NCBI GenBank assembly: GCA_041178225.1
Contig: JBEGVV010000024.1
Coordinates: forward strand, 7,676-71,675
From: Pseudomonadota bacterium
GTDB lineage: Bacteria > Pseudomonadota > Alphaproteobacteria > CACIAM-22H2
Length of the DNA: 64,000 nucleotides
Reading direction: 5' to 3'
The notes below the pieces were generated by a model. It made no database searches and had not been told where the DNA came from. It saw nothing but the letters and a program-made list of their open reading frames with translations. Positions 19,101 through 28,884 of the stretch are shown here, in pieces (the first letter of the stretch is position 1; the number at the start of each line of letters is the position of its first letter). A program made the translations under genes and the position numbers.

Positions 19101-20053
19101 ATGCGGATCCTCGGGTCGAGCTTCATGTAGCCGAGGTCGCCGAGGAGCTGGGTCAGCATCGTCACCGTGACGGCGACGAGCGCGCCGGCCTCGACGACGG
19201 CGATGTCCTTGGCGAGCGCGGCCTCGAGCATCATCCGGCCGAAGCCGGGATAGGCGAAGAGCGTCTCGACGACGACCAGCCCGGAGACGAGGTAGTTGAG
19301 CTGCAGCAGGATCACGGTGAACGGCGTGATCAGCGCGTTGCGCATCGCGTGCCGCGTCACCACGCGACCGAAGGGCATGCCCTTCAGCACGGCCGTGCGC
19401 ACGAAGGGCTGGCGCATCACCTCGACCATCGACGCCCGGATCATCGAGATAAGGTATCCGGCGTCGTAGAGCGTCACGACCGCGACGGGCAGCACGAACT
19501 GGATCCATACCGGCCACTCGGGCGAGGCGCGCAGCGGGGACGTGCCGGGCAGCACGCCCAGCCAGACGACGAAGACCGCGAGCATGAACACGCCCATCGC
19601 GAATTCCGGGATGGACGCGCAGACCGAGGCGAAGACGGAGATGCCGCGGTCGAGCGGCGAGCGCTCGCGCATGCCCGCGAGCACGCCGAGCGCCACCGAG
19701 AGCGGCACGATGACCGCGAAGCAGATCGCCGCCAGCAGCAGCGTGTTGCCCAGCCTGTCGAGCAGGACGTCGGCGACGGGCTGGCGGTAGATCACCGACG
19801 TGCCGAGGTCGCCGCGCAGGACGTTGCCGATGTACTCGGCGTAGCGGACGAGCAGCGGCCGGTCGAGGCCCATCTCGCGGAACAGGTGGTCGACCTGCTC
19901 CTGCGAGGCGTAGGGCCCGAGCAGCTTGCGCGCGACGTCGCCGGGCGTGAGTTCGTTGAGGGCGAAGACGAGGAACGTCACCGCCAGCAGCGTGAGGACG
20001 ATGTTCAGCGACTGCCGGAGGAGATAACGCGACACGCGACGCCCCGAGACCAC
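19097..20053 (-). CDS. ABC transporter permease (DppB-like)
   Basis: MVSGRRVSRYLLRQSLNIVLTLLAVTFLVFALNELTPGDVA... with the binding-protein-dependent transport EAA-like region. Confidence 0.8.
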   Translation of the reverse strand: MVSGRRVSRYLLRQSLNIVLTLLAVTFLVFALNELTPGDVARKLLGPYASQEQVDHLFREMGLDRPLLVRYAEYIGNVLRGDLGTSVIYRQPVADVLLDRLGNTLLLAAICFAVIVPLSVALGVLAGMRERSPLDRGISVFASVCASIPEFAMGVFMLAVFVVWLGVLPGTSPLRASPEWPVWIQFVLPVAVVTLYDAGYLISMIRASMVEVMRQPFVRTAVLKGMPFGRVVTRHAMRNALITPFTVILLQLNYLVSGLVVVETLFAYPGFGRMMLEAALAKDIAVVEAGALVAVTVTMLTQLLGDLGYMKLDPRIRI

Positions 20054-20117
20054 GCCGCGCGCAGGCCGCCACCGCCGCGGGCCCGAAGCCCGCGGCGGTG
20101 GCTGCGCGCGACCTGGA

Positions 20118-21788
20118 TCAGCCCTCGATCCAGACTTCCCGGAACTCGATGTAGGCGGTGGGGTGGATCTTGTACCCCTTCACCTTCTTGTCCGTGTAGT
20201 TGAACAGGGCGCGCCAGAGCGGCACGACCGCGGGGCCGTCCTCGAGCATGATGCGCTCGAGCTTGGCCACCACAGCGCGGCGCTTCTCGACGTCGAGGTA
20301 GCCCTCGGCCTCGGCGAGCAGCGCGTCGAACTCCTTGTTCGACCAGTTGGACTCGTTCCACGCCGCGCCCGAGCGGTAGGCGAGGCCGAGCACCATGACG
20401 CCCAGCGGGCGATGGGCCCAGGTGGTGAAGCCGAAGGGCACCTTGGTCCAGATGTCCCAGTACTGGGCCGAGGGCATCACGTTGATCTTCACGCGGATGC
20501 CCGCTTCCTTCCACTGCTCGACCATCGTCTGGACGGCGAGGAGCTCCCAGTCCGGCTGGGGACGGCAGGCGATCTCCGTGTCGATGCCGTTCGGGTAGCC
20601 GGCCTCGGCCAGCAGCGCCTTGGCCTTGGCGACGTCGCGGCGCATGAAGCCGACATCGGCGTACTCGGGATGCACCTGCGCGACGTGGTGGTGCTCGCCG
20701 GGCTTGCCGAGGCCGCGATGCGCGACCTTGAGCACCGCCTCGGTGTCCGTGGCGTAGCGCAGCGCCTGGCGGACGCGCTTGTCGTCGAAGGGCTTGACCG
20801 GCTGCACGCGGGCGACGGCGGTATAGGCCGTGTCGACCGAGTTGATCTGGACATGCGGCAGGCGCTCGGCCGCGGGCAGCGCGGCGATCGCGCCCTGGTA
20901 GATCATGTCCACCTGGCGCGAGGCCAGCGCGGCGACCTGCGCCGCGCTGTCGTCGCCGAGGTCGATGACCTCGATGCGGTCGAGCCACGGGCCGCTGCCC
21001 CAGTACTTGTCCTTGCGCGCCGCCAGGACCGCGCGCTTCCCGACCTCGAGCTCGACGAGCTCGTAGGCGCCCGTGCCGTTCGAGCCGACGCCGAACTTGC
21101 CGCCCTCGGCCGGGTCGAGCATGTGCGCGGGATAGTGGAACATCGCCTCGGGGATGCCGAGGAAGGACGTCTTGCCGTTGATCTCGAAGGTGAAGTCGTC
21201 GACCTTGCGGAAGGCGTTGGCGTCCCAGAGGCGGAACGACACGCGCTTCTTCTGGGTCTTCGGGTCGATCTCGTCGAGCTCGAAGTTCTCGAGCAGGAAG
21301 GCGCGCAGCAGGCCGACGGTCGAGGAACCGGTCGCCGGCTCGAGCATGCGCTTCATGTTCCAGATCGCGTCGTCGGCGTTGAACGGCCTGCCGCCCTTGC
21401 GCCAGTTGGCGTCGCGCCGCAGCGAGATCTTCCACGACTTGAGGTCGGGGCTCGCCTCCCACTTCTCGACGAGGCCGGGGCGCGTGATGTTGTCGACGCC
21501 GGTATAGGTCAGGTACTCGACGGTCTGGCGCGCGACATTGGTCGCCTCGATCCAGGAATAGGTATGCGGGCTGGAGAGGTCCTGCACGCGCATGCCGAGG
21601 CGCAGCGTGCCGCCCTTGCGCGGCGCGCCCTGCGCCATCGCGGGCTCGGGCAGGCCGGCCATCGAGTAGGCTGCGCCGGCACCCACGCCCAGCAGCGTGG
21701 CGATGCGAAGGAACTCGCGGCGCTCGAGCTTGCCGTCGGCCATCTCGCGGCCGGCGGAGGTGACGAGCGGATGGATCTTGTCTGTCAT
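20118..21788 (-). CDS. ABC transporter substrate-binding protein, family 5 (DppA/OppA/opine/nickel type), Tat signal
   Basis: Twin-arginine motif RREFLRIATLLGVGAGAAY. About 556 aa with family-5 SBP-like features. The start may instead be the second Met (MADGK, about 21743). Confidence 0.8.
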   Translation of the reverse strand: MTDKIHPLVTSAGREMADGKLERREFLRIATLLGVGAGAAYSMAGLPEPAMAQGAPRKGGTLRLGMRVQDLSSPHTYSWIEATNVARQTVEYLTYTGVDNITRPGLVEKWEASPDLKSWKISLRRDANWRKGGRPFNADDAIWNMKRMLEPATGSSTVGLLRAFLLENFELDEIDPKTQKKRVSFRLWDANAFRKVDDFTFEINGKTSFLGIPEAMFHYPAHMLDPAEGGKFGVGSNGTGAYELVELEVGKRAVLAARKDKYWGSGPWLDRIEVIDLGDDSAAQVAALASRQVDMIYQGAIAALPAAERLPHVQINSVDTAYTAVARVQPVKPFDDKRVRQALRYATDTEAVLKVAHRGLGKPGEHHHVAQVHPEYADVGFMRRDVAKAKALLAEAGYPNGIDTEIACRPQPDWELLAVQTMVEQWKEAGIRVKINVMPSAQYWDIWTKVPFGFTTWAHRPLGVMVLGLAYRSGAAWNESNWSNKEFDALLAEAEGYLDVEKRRAVVAKLERIMLEDGPAVVPLWRALFNYTDKKVKGYKIHPTAYIEFREVWIEG

Positions 21789-21921
21789 TTCGAACCCTCC
21801 CTTTGTTGTCCGGACCCTAGCCGCGGGCCGGGCGGCGCGACAAGGCGGGTCTTTCGCGGCGCTGGAGATTCCCGCGCCGCCGATCCAGCATCGCCAAGGT
21901 CACGATTGCAGGAGCGAGGCG

Positions 21922-23463
21922 ATGGAGACGACACGGACGGGCGGCACTGGCCGCGGCAGGGCGCGCGCGCGGGCCGGGCGCTCGGCCCCGGCGGCGCACC
22001 AGCCGCTGCCGCGCCTGTCGAATCGCTGGAAGCCGCTCGAGGTGCTGTCCGCGGAGCAGCTCGAGCGGATCGTCGACGCCGCCTTCCGCATCCTCCAGGA
22101 CGGCGGCCTCGAGATGCGCAGCGCGCGCGCCCGGCAGGCCTGCCGCCGCCATGGCTGCCTCGTCGACGAGGAGACGCAGGTCGTGCGGATGGGGCGCGAC
22201 GTCGTGGAGGCCATGCTGCGCCACGCGCCGGAGCGCTTCGTCCTGCATGCGCGCAACCCCGCGCGGCACCTGCATGTCGGCGGCGACGTCGTCAATTTCG
22301 GCCCGGTCGGCGGCGCGCCCCATGTCACCGACGCCGAGCGCGGCCGGCGCTACGGCGACCTCGAGGCCTTCCGCGACATCATCAAGGTGGCCAGCGCGCT
22401 CGGCGTTCTGCACTGGCAGGGCGGCATGGTCGTGGAGCCGGTCGACGTGCCGGTGCCGGTGCGCCACCTCGAGGCCTATCGCGCGCATGTCGAGCTCTCG
22501 GACCTCGTCTGGAGCTCGCGAGGCACGGGCGCGGTGCAGTCGATCGACGGGATCGCGATGTCGGCGATCGAGCACGGCACGACTCCCGAGGGCCTCGCGG
22601 CGCGGCCGACGCTTCTGTGCATCACCAACGTCAACTCGCCGCGGCGCGTCGACGAGGAGATCCTCGAGAGCGTGATGATCCTCGCCGAGCACGGCCAGTG
22701 CGTGGCCATCACGCCCTTCACGCTGATGGGCGCGATGGCGCCGATCACGCTGGCCGGCGCGCTCGCGCAGGGCGCGGCGGAGGCGCTGGGCATCATCGCG
22801 CTGTGCCAGATGGTGAGGCCGGGCACGCCCTGCGTCTTCGGCGCCTTCACCTCGAACGTCGACATGCGCACCGGCGCGCCCGCCTTCGGCACGCCCGAGT
22901 ACGTCAACGCGACGATCGCGAGCGCCCAGCTCGCGCGCCGCTTCCGCCTGCCCGTGCGGTCGAGCGCGCCCAACGCCAGCCCCTGCGTCGACGCCCAGGC
23001 CACCTGGGAGACCGCCTTCTCCCTCTGGGCCTCGGTGATGAGCCACAGCAACCTCGTCTACCACGCGGCGGGATGGCTCGAGGGCGGGCTGTCGGCGTCG
23101 ATGGAGAAGATCGTCGTCGACGCGGAGATGCTGCGCGGCTGGGCGGAGATCCTGAAGCCGGTCGACTTCACCGACGACGACATCGGCGTCGACGCGATCC
23201 TCGGGGTGCCGCCGGGCGGGCATTTCTTCGGCACGGCGCACACGCTCGCGCGCTACGAGACCGCCTTCTGGCGCCCGATCCTCTCCGACTGGTCGAACTT
23301 CGAGAACTGGCGCGACGCCGGCGCGCGGACGGCGACCGACCGCGCGGCCGCGATGTGGCGAGGACTGCGCGACGCCTATGTCCCGCCGCCGCTCGACCCG
23401 GCGATCCGCGAGGAGCTCGACGCCTATGTCGCCCGGCGGCGCGAGGAGCTCGGCGCGCGATGA
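21922..23463 (+). CDS. MttB-superfamily quaternary-amine:corrinoid methyltransferase, non-pyrrolysine type (glycine betaine MtgB-like), paralog 1
   Basis: 513 aa, uninterrupted with no in-frame TAG. Starts METTRTGG...NRWKPLEVLSAEQLERIVDAAFRILQDGGLE. Conserved MttB-family blocks ITPFTLMGAMAPITLAGALAQ and GAFTSNVDMRTGAPAFGTPEY. AGGAG SD upstream. Confidence 0.85.
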   Translation: METTRTGGTGRGRARARAGRSAPAAHQPLPRLSNRWKPLEVLSAEQLERIVDAAFRILQDGGLEMRSARARQACRRHGCLVDEETQVVRMGRDVVEAMLRHAPERFVLHARNPARHLHVGGDVVNFGPVGGAPHVTDAERGRRYGDLEAFRDIIKVASALGVLHWQGGMVVEPVDVPVPVRHLEAYRAHVELSDLVWSSRGTGAVQSIDGIAMSAIEHGTTPEGLAARPTLLCITNVNSPRRVDEEILESVMILAEHGQCVAITPFTLMGAMAPITLAGALAQGAAEALGIIALCQMVRPGTPCVFGAFTSNVDMRTGAPAFGTPEYVNATIASAQLARRFRLPVRSSAPNASPCVDAQATWETAFSLWASVMSHSNLVYHAAGWLEGGLSASMEKIVVDAEMLRGWAEILKPVDFTDDDIGVDAILGVPPGGHFFGTAHTLARYETAFWRPILSDWSNFENWRDAGARTATDRAAAMWRGLRDAYVPPPLDPAIREELDAYVARRREELGAR

Positions 23464-24275
23464 GCGGCTTCGTCGCGAATGCGCGGATGTACGCGGTCGC
23501 GCCCGCCGCCGAGGAGGCATGGCGCGCACTGCTCGCCCATGCCTGCGCCGAGGCCGGGCTCGCGCTCGCCTACATGCCCTATCCCGCGCCGCAGCCGCTC
23601 GAGGAGCTCTGGGCGCGGCCGGACCTCGGCGCGGTGTTCATGTGCGGCTATCCGATCGCGCTCGGCCTCGCGGAGGTGGTGCCGCTCGTCGCGCCGATCC
23701 CCGACGCGCCCTGGGCGGGCGGGCGGGCGGTCTATCGCAGCGACCTGATCGTGCATCGCGATTGCCCATGGCGATCGCTCGAGGACGGCTTCGGCGGCCA
23801 TGCGGGCTGGACGGTCGGGCATTCGCATTCCGGCTTCAACGCCTTCCGCCACCACCTGCTGCCCCATCGCAGCGCCGCGCGGCCGCGGCTCTTCGCGCGC
23901 ACGACCGGCGGCCTCGTCACCGCGCGGCGCATACTCGACGCGGTGGCCGCGGGCGAGATCGACATCGGCCCGCTCGACGCCTACTGGCACCTGCTGCTGC
24001 GGCGGCACCGCCCGGAGCTCGTCGCGCCCATACGCGTGCTCGAGAGCACGGCGACCGCCCCGGCACCCGCCATCGTCTGCGCGCCGGCAATGCCCGGCGA
24101 CGACGCGAGGCGCCTGCGCGCGGCCCTGGTCGCCGCGCCATCGCGCCCGTGGTTCCCGGCGCTCGCGCGCGAGCTCTGCCTCGCCGGCTTCGCGCCCGTC
24201 GCGCGCGAGGACTACGCGGCGACGCTGGCCTGGGACGCGGAGGCCCGCGCCGCCGGATACCCCGAGCCTGCGTGA
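23460..24275 (+). CDS. PhnD/SsuA-like periplasmic-binding-protein-fold protein without a signal peptide (cytoplasmic ligand-binding protein)
   Basis: MSGFVANARMYAVAPAAEEAWRALL... has the ARMY/AV N-terminus typical of PhnD-like proteins but no hydrophobic leader. The ATG overlaps the MttB1 stop (ATGA). Confidence 0.6.
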   Translation: MSGFVANARMYAVAPAAEEAWRALLAHACAEAGLALAYMPYPAPQPLEELWARPDLGAVFMCGYPIALGLAEVVPLVAPIPDAPWAGGRAVYRSDLIVHRDCPWRSLEDGFGGHAGWTVGHSHSGFNAFRHHLLPHRSAARPRLFARTTGGLVTARRILDAVAAGEIDIGPLDAYWHLLLRRHRPELVAPIRVLESTATAPAPAIVCAPAMPGDDARRLRAALVAAPSRPWFPALARELCLAGFAPVAREDYAATLAWDAEARAAGYPEPA

Positions 24276-25168
24276 TGGACAGGCGGCCCGCGATCGAATG
24301 GCCGACGATCGCGCTCGCCGCGGCGCTGCACGCGGCATGGATCGCGCTGTGCCTCTTCCACGCGTCGCTCCCGTGGTGGGCCTTCGCGGCCTGCGCGGCG
24401 GTCGTCTCGGCCTGGTTCTCGTCGCTCCAGCACGAGGCGATCCACGGCCACCCGACGCGCAGCGCGACGTTCAACCACGCCATCGCCTGCGCGCCGCTCT
24501 GGATCTGGCTTCCCTATTCGCGCTACCGCGACACGCACCTGCTCCACCATCGCGACCACAGGCTGACCGACCCGCTCGACGACCCGGAGAGCCGCTACGT
24601 CACCCCGGAGGACTGGGCCGCGCGCGGGCCGATCGGCCGGGCCGCGCTCCGCGCGCAGTCGACGCTGCTCGGCCGCCTCGCGATCGGCCCGGCATGGAGC
24701 GCGGCATCCTTCCTGCGCGCCGAATGGGCGAACCGGCGCGACCCGCGCATCGCCCGCGCCTGGGCCGCGCACCTGGCGCTGCTCCTTCCCTTCCTCGCGT
24801 GGACGCTATGGGCCTGCGGCGTCCCGGCCTGGCTCTACGTCCTCGGCTTCGTTCAGGGCGGCGGCGCGCTCGCCATGCTGCGCTCCTTCGCGGAGCACCG
24901 CGCGCATGGCGACCCGGCCCGGCGCACCGCGGTCGTCGAGAACGCGACGCTGCTGGGCCCCGTCTTCCTGTTCAACAACCTGCACGCCACGCACCACCGC
25001 TGGCCCGGCGTCGCCTGGTACAGGCTGCCCGCGCTCCATCGCGCGCGCCGCGACGAGCTGCTCGCCGCCAATGGCGGCCTCGCCTATGACGGCTACGGCG
25101 AGGTCGCCCGCCGCTTCCTGCTGCGCGCGCACGACCAGCCGGAGCACCCGCTCGGCCGCGCCCCCTGA
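24275..25168 (+). CDS. Membrane fatty-acid-desaturase-family di-iron protein (desaturase/hydroxylase/CrtW-like)
   Basis: Three His boxes (QHEAIHGH, HHRDHRLTD, NNLHATHHRWPGVAWYRLP) with TM segments between them. The ATG overlaps the upstream stop. Confidence 0.7.
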   Translation: MDRRPAIEWPTIALAAALHAAWIALCLFHASLPWWAFAACAAVVSAWFSSLQHEAIHGHPTRSATFNHAIACAPLWIWLPYSRYRDTHLLHHRDHRLTDPLDDPESRYVTPEDWAARGPIGRAALRAQSTLLGRLAIGPAWSAASFLRAEWANRRDPRIARAWAAHLALLLPFLAWTLWACGVPAWLYVLGFVQGGGALAMLRSFAEHRAHGDPARRTAVVENATLLGPVFLFNNLHATHHRWPGVAWYRLPALHRARRDELLAANGGLAYDGYGEVARRFLLRAHDQPEHPLGRAP

Positions 25169-25171
25169 GCC

Positions 25172-26494
25172 TCAGCCCAGCGGGGACAGCAGCGTCTCCA
25201 CGACGCGGCGCGCGGCCGGCGCGCCCTCGATCCCCGCGATGTCGTCGCGCAGCGCGTCGTGGCGCGCACGGCCGATGCGCGGCACCAGCGACTCCTCGGC
25301 CTTGGCGAAGAGCTCGGCGTCCGACAGCGGGTCCTCGGGATCGCCGCGCGCCTCCGTGCGCGGGCTGGCGAGCACGGTGCCGTCGGCGAGCGTGACCTCG
25401 ACGATCGCGATGCGTCGCGCGGGGAAGAGCGCGTCGAGCTCGGGATCGGTCTCGGTCGTGATGCGATGCGCCATCGCCAGCGTCGCCGGGTCGCGCAGCC
25501 CCGTCGTCACGGTCTCGCCATCCACCTTGCCGTGGGCGAGCATGGCCGCGACCGGGAAGGGCAGCGCGTATTGCGCGGCGTCGGTGCCGTCGGGCTCGCG
25601 CACGTCGAGCCGCGCGGCCGCGTGGAAGGTGCGGATGCGCACCTTCTCGATCGCGCGTCCCGCCGCCTGCGCGCGCAGCGCCTGGGCCGCGGCGACGGAA
25701 GGCTGCGCCCAGCGGCAGATGGGCCAGGGCTTGAAGTACTGCTCGAGGATCCGCCAGCGCGTCCCGAGGTCGCCCCAGAACGCAGCCGCGTCGCCGCCCT
25801 CGACGCTGATCGCCGGCGCGCCCGTGAAGCCCGCCTGCGCCATCAGCGCCGCCGACAGCCCGACCTGCCCGCCATAGGTCGAGCCGTCCTTGACCATCGT
25901 GGGGAAGTCGATGCAGCGCATCATCTGGCTGCGCGGGCCATAGAACTCCGCGGTGCCCAGCGCATGGCGCGTCGTCTCGCGGTCGAAGCGCAGCGCGCGC
26001 GCGGCGACCGCGGCCGCGGCGAGCGCGTTCCACGCGCCGGAGGTGTGGTAGTCGGGGACCGTGGCGTGCAGCGCGATGCCCGCGCGCGTCGCGATCTCGT
26101 ACCCCATCACGAGCCGCACGAGGAACTCGGCGCCGTCGCGCGAGGGCGCCGCCTCGTCCTCGAGCGCGAGCAGCGCCGGGAGGACGACGACGCCGGCATG
26201 GCCCTTGGTCAGGCGATGCCCGTCATGCGCATCGTAGCCGTCGATCGTCGCGGCGCCGGCCATCGCCGCGCCCGGCAGCGACACGCGACGCCCGTCGAAG
26301 ATCATGCGCGCGCCGAGCCGCCCGCCCAGCTGGTGGGCCGCGGCGAAGTCGTGGACGATGCGCGACACCGGCGTCCCGCGTCCGCTGGCGGCGACGCCCG
26401 CGAGGTCGAGCAGGCACATCCGCGCGCGGTGCCGCACCTCCGCCGGAATGTCCGCCAGCGAGAGCCCATGGACGAAATCCAACCAGTCGCGCAT
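25172..26494 (-). CDS. MmgE/PrpD family protein (2-methylcitrate dehydratase-like)
   Basis: Starts MRDWLDFVHGLSLADIPAEVRHRARMCLLDLAGVAASG. About 440 aa with the typical MmgE/PrpD N-terminus. The 58-aa upstream extension is rejected. Confidence 0.75.
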   Translation of the reverse strand: MRDWLDFVHGLSLADIPAEVRHRARMCLLDLAGVAASGRGTPVSRIVHDFAAAHQLGGRLGARMIFDGRRVSLPGAAMAGAATIDGYDAHDGHRLTKGHAGVVVLPALLALEDEAAPSRDGAEFLVRLVMGYEIATRAGIALHATVPDYHTSGAWNALAAAAVAARALRFDRETTRHALGTAEFYGPRSQMMRCIDFPTMVKDGSTYGGQVGLSAALMAQAGFTGAPAISVEGGDAAAFWGDLGTRWRILEQYFKPWPICRWAQPSVAAAQALRAQAAGRAIEKVRIRTFHAAARLDVREPDGTDAAQYALPFPVAAMLAHGKVDGETVTTGLRDPATLAMAHRITTETDPELDALFPARRIAIVEVTLADGTVLASPRTEARGDPEDPLSDAELFAKAEESLVPRIGRARHDALRDDIAGIEGAPAARRVVETLLSPLG

Positions 26495-26513
26495 CGCCGT
26501 TCCCTCCGATCCC

Positions 26514-27647
26514 TCAGTTGTTCGACCTGATCGTGCCACCATCCACCCGCGTGCGGGCAAGCATCTCCTCGTCGAGCTCGAAGCCAAGCCCCGGCGCGTC
26601 GCCGAGGACGAGGTCGCCGCGCGCGTCGATGTCGAGCGGCGCCCTGAACATGAAGTCGCGCCGCTCACCGGTCCATTCCGGCGGGTCCCACGGGAACTCG
26701 AAGAAGCCCCCGTCGGTGGCGCCCGCCATCAGGTGGGCGTTGGCGGCCACGCCGATCCCGTTGCCCCAGCTATGCGGCGTGAAGGCGATCCCGTGCTCGC
26801 CGGCCATCGCCGCGACCTTGGCGAGGCCGGTGATGCCGCCGACCGAGACGACGTCGGGCTGGATGACGTCGAGGCAACCGCCGGCGACGAGGTCCCGCAG
26901 CTCGGCCATCTCGCGGTCGAGCTCGCCGCCCGCGATGCGCAGGTCGAGCTTCTCGCGCAGCAAGCGCATGCCCTCGCGGTCGGCGCGGTGGAGCGGCTCC
27001 TCCATCCAGTAGGCGCCGAGCCGCTCGAGCTCGCGCCCCACGACCAGCGCGTCCTTCACCGTCCAGGACGACATCGTGTCCCACGGGAAGCGCCAGCCCT
27101 GGTTGCAGTCGACCATCAGCTCGAGCCGGTCTCCGACGCGCGCGCGCACGGCCTCGAGCGCGGCGATGTCCGCGCGCCAGTCGCCGCGGCGGAAGCGGAT
27201 CTTCATGGCGCGGAAGCCGCGCGCGAGCGCGCGCTGCGCGAGGTCCGCCAGCGCGGGTCCGTCGCGCAGCGTGCCGCTCGAGGCATAGCAGGCGAGGCGG
27301 TCGCGCATCCCGCCGAGCAGCTTCCAGCAGGGCTGGCCGGCGACCTTGCCCGCGAGGTCCCACAGCGCGAGGTCGAGCGGCCAGCAGCGCCCGTAGTGGA
27401 AGGAGATGTGGGAGATCGCGCGGTAGTGGCGCTCCAGCCGCAGCGGGTCCTCGCCGAGGAACACGTGCTCGTGCCCCGCGAAGCCGAGCATGTAGTCGCC
27501 CGAGCCGATGCCCTCGTGCCCCTCGTCGGTGCGCACGCGCACGATCGTGGCGTCGAAGCGCGCGCGCGGCCGCGACGACCAGCTCGGGTGGAAGGGTGGA
27601 TCGAGCGGCAGCTGGTGCTGGGTGATCTCGATCGACGCGATCTTCAT
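26514..27647 (-). CDS. Enolase-superfamily protein (mandelate racemase / muconate lactonizing enzyme family)
   Basis: MKIASIEITQHQLPLDPPF... capping domain followed by a TIM-barrel with metal-ligand-like motifs (MVDCNQGW, EEPLHRAD, IAGGE). 377 aa. Confidence 0.75.
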   Translation of the reverse strand: MKIASIEITQHQLPLDPPFHPSWSSRPRARFDATIVRVRTDEGHEGIGSGDYMLGFAGHEHVFLGEDPLRLERHYRAISHISFHYGRCWPLDLALWDLAGKVAGQPCWKLLGGMRDRLACYASSGTLRDGPALADLAQRALARGFRAMKIRFRRGDWRADIAALEAVRARVGDRLELMVDCNQGWRFPWDTMSSWTVKDALVVGRELERLGAYWMEEPLHRADREGMRLLREKLDLRIAGGELDREMAELRDLVAGGCLDVIQPDVVSVGGITGLAKVAAMAGEHGIAFTPHSWGNGIGVAANAHLMAGATDGGFFEFPWDPPEWTGERRDFMFRAPLDIDARGDLVLGDAPGLGFELDEEMLARTRVDGGTIRSNN

Positions 27648-27660
27648 GCGGGCGGCCTCC

Positions 27661-28794
27661 TCAGCGCTGCTCGAGCACGCGGCGCGCGATCGCCAGCAGG
27701 TCGTCGTCGGTGGTCGCGCGCCAGTTCGACGCGCGCATCGGGGCGTTGTCGGGCGCGCGCATCGCCGCCGCGAGGTCGGCCGGCGAGATGCCCGCGCACT
27801 CCTCCTCGAGCGGGACAGGCAGCCCGACCGCACGCAAGAGCCGCTCGAAACCGCGCGCGAAGCCCTCGCGGCCGGCGCCGAGCGCGACCGCGCAGGCGGC
27901 CCAGCGCCCATCGTCCCCGCGCTCGTTCCAAGCCGCGGTGGCGAGCATCGCGAGCCCGACCGCGCGGCCATGGTGGACCGGGCGCAGCGAGGCCAGGGCG
28001 TGGCCGACATTGTGCGCGATCGCCGTGCCGGCGTTGTCGATCGCGATCCCGGCCAGGGCGGCCGCGCGCTGCATGCCCTCGCGCGCCGCGAGGTCCGCGC
28101 CATCGGCGACGACGCGCTCGAGGTTCGCCGCGACGAGGCGGATCGCCTCGAGCGCGGCGACGCTGTTGGCCGCGCTCGCGTTGCGGTTGGTGGCCGCCTC
28201 GACGGCATGGACCAGGGCATCGATCCCGGTGGCCGCCGTGAGGAGGGGCGGCAGCCCGAGGGCGAGTTCCGGATCGAGGACGACGTCGTCGGCCTTGAGC
28301 GAATCGCCCCAGAGCCAGGTCTTCGCCTTGTCGGCGCGCGACAGCACGGCCGTGCGCGTCAGCTCGGCGCCGGTCCCCGCGGTGGTCGGGACGCAGATCG
28401 CGCCGAGGCGGCGCGCGGGAAGGTCGCGCGCGCAGAGCGCATAGGCCTCCGCCGGCTCCGCCGCCCCCGCGATTGCGGCTACCGCCTTGCCGAGGTCGAG
28501 GGCCGACCCGCCGCCGATCGCGACGACCGCCACCGCGCCCGTCGAGCGTGCGACCGCCGCGGCCGCGTCGGCGGCGGCCAGCGAGGGATCGGAGGAGAAG
28601 GCATCGAAGGACGCGCAGGGCACGCCGGCGGCGGCGATCGATGCGCGGGCCTCGCCGGCGATGCCCGTCGCCGCGAGGCCGGGATCGACCACCAGCAGCG
28701 CCGGCCCGCCGAAGCGCGCGGCAAGCTCGCCGATGCGCGCGCGCGATCCGGCGCCGCCGGCGATACGGGGCACGCGCGCGAGTTCGTAGGCCAT
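27661..28794 (-). CDS. Iron-containing (group III) alcohol dehydrogenase
   Basis: MAYELARVPRIAGGAGSRARIGEL..., then GGGSALDLGKAVA (NAD-binding) and HAVEAATN...AHNVGHAL (metal His motif). 377 aa. Confidence 0.75.
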   Translation of the reverse strand: MAYELARVPRIAGGAGSRARIGELAARFGGPALLVVDPGLAATGIAGEARASIAAAGVPCASFDAFSSDPSLAAADAAAAVARSTGAVAVVAIGGGSALDLGKAVAAIAGAAEPAEAYALCARDLPARRLGAICVPTTAGTGAELTRTAVLSRADKAKTWLWGDSLKADDVVLDPELALGLPPLLTAATGIDALVHAVEAATNRNASAANSVAALEAIRLVAANLERVVADGADLAAREGMQRAAALAGIAIDNAGTAIAHNVGHALASLRPVHHGRAVGLAMLATAAWNERGDDGRWAACAVALGAGREGFARGFERLLRAVGLPVPLEEECAGISPADLAAAMRAPDNAPMRASNWRATTDDDLLAIARRVLEQR

Positions 28795-28826
28795 GGGCCA
28801 TCCCTCCCGCGTCCGGCTATAGAGCG

Positions 28827-28863
28827 CGCCGCCGCATCCGGTCGAGCGCTTTTCGCGGCGGCG
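28827..28863. promoter_or_regulatory. Inverted repeat in the divergent ADH / DUF1289-DMGDH2 promoter region
   Basis: CGCCGCCGC-(N19, containing TTTTC)-GCGGCGGCG lies between the divergent starts at 28794 (minus) and 28885 (plus). Flanking ATCCGG direct repeats. Confidence 0.25.
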
Positions 28864-28884
28864 GAATCCGGCTAAGGCGGCGCG

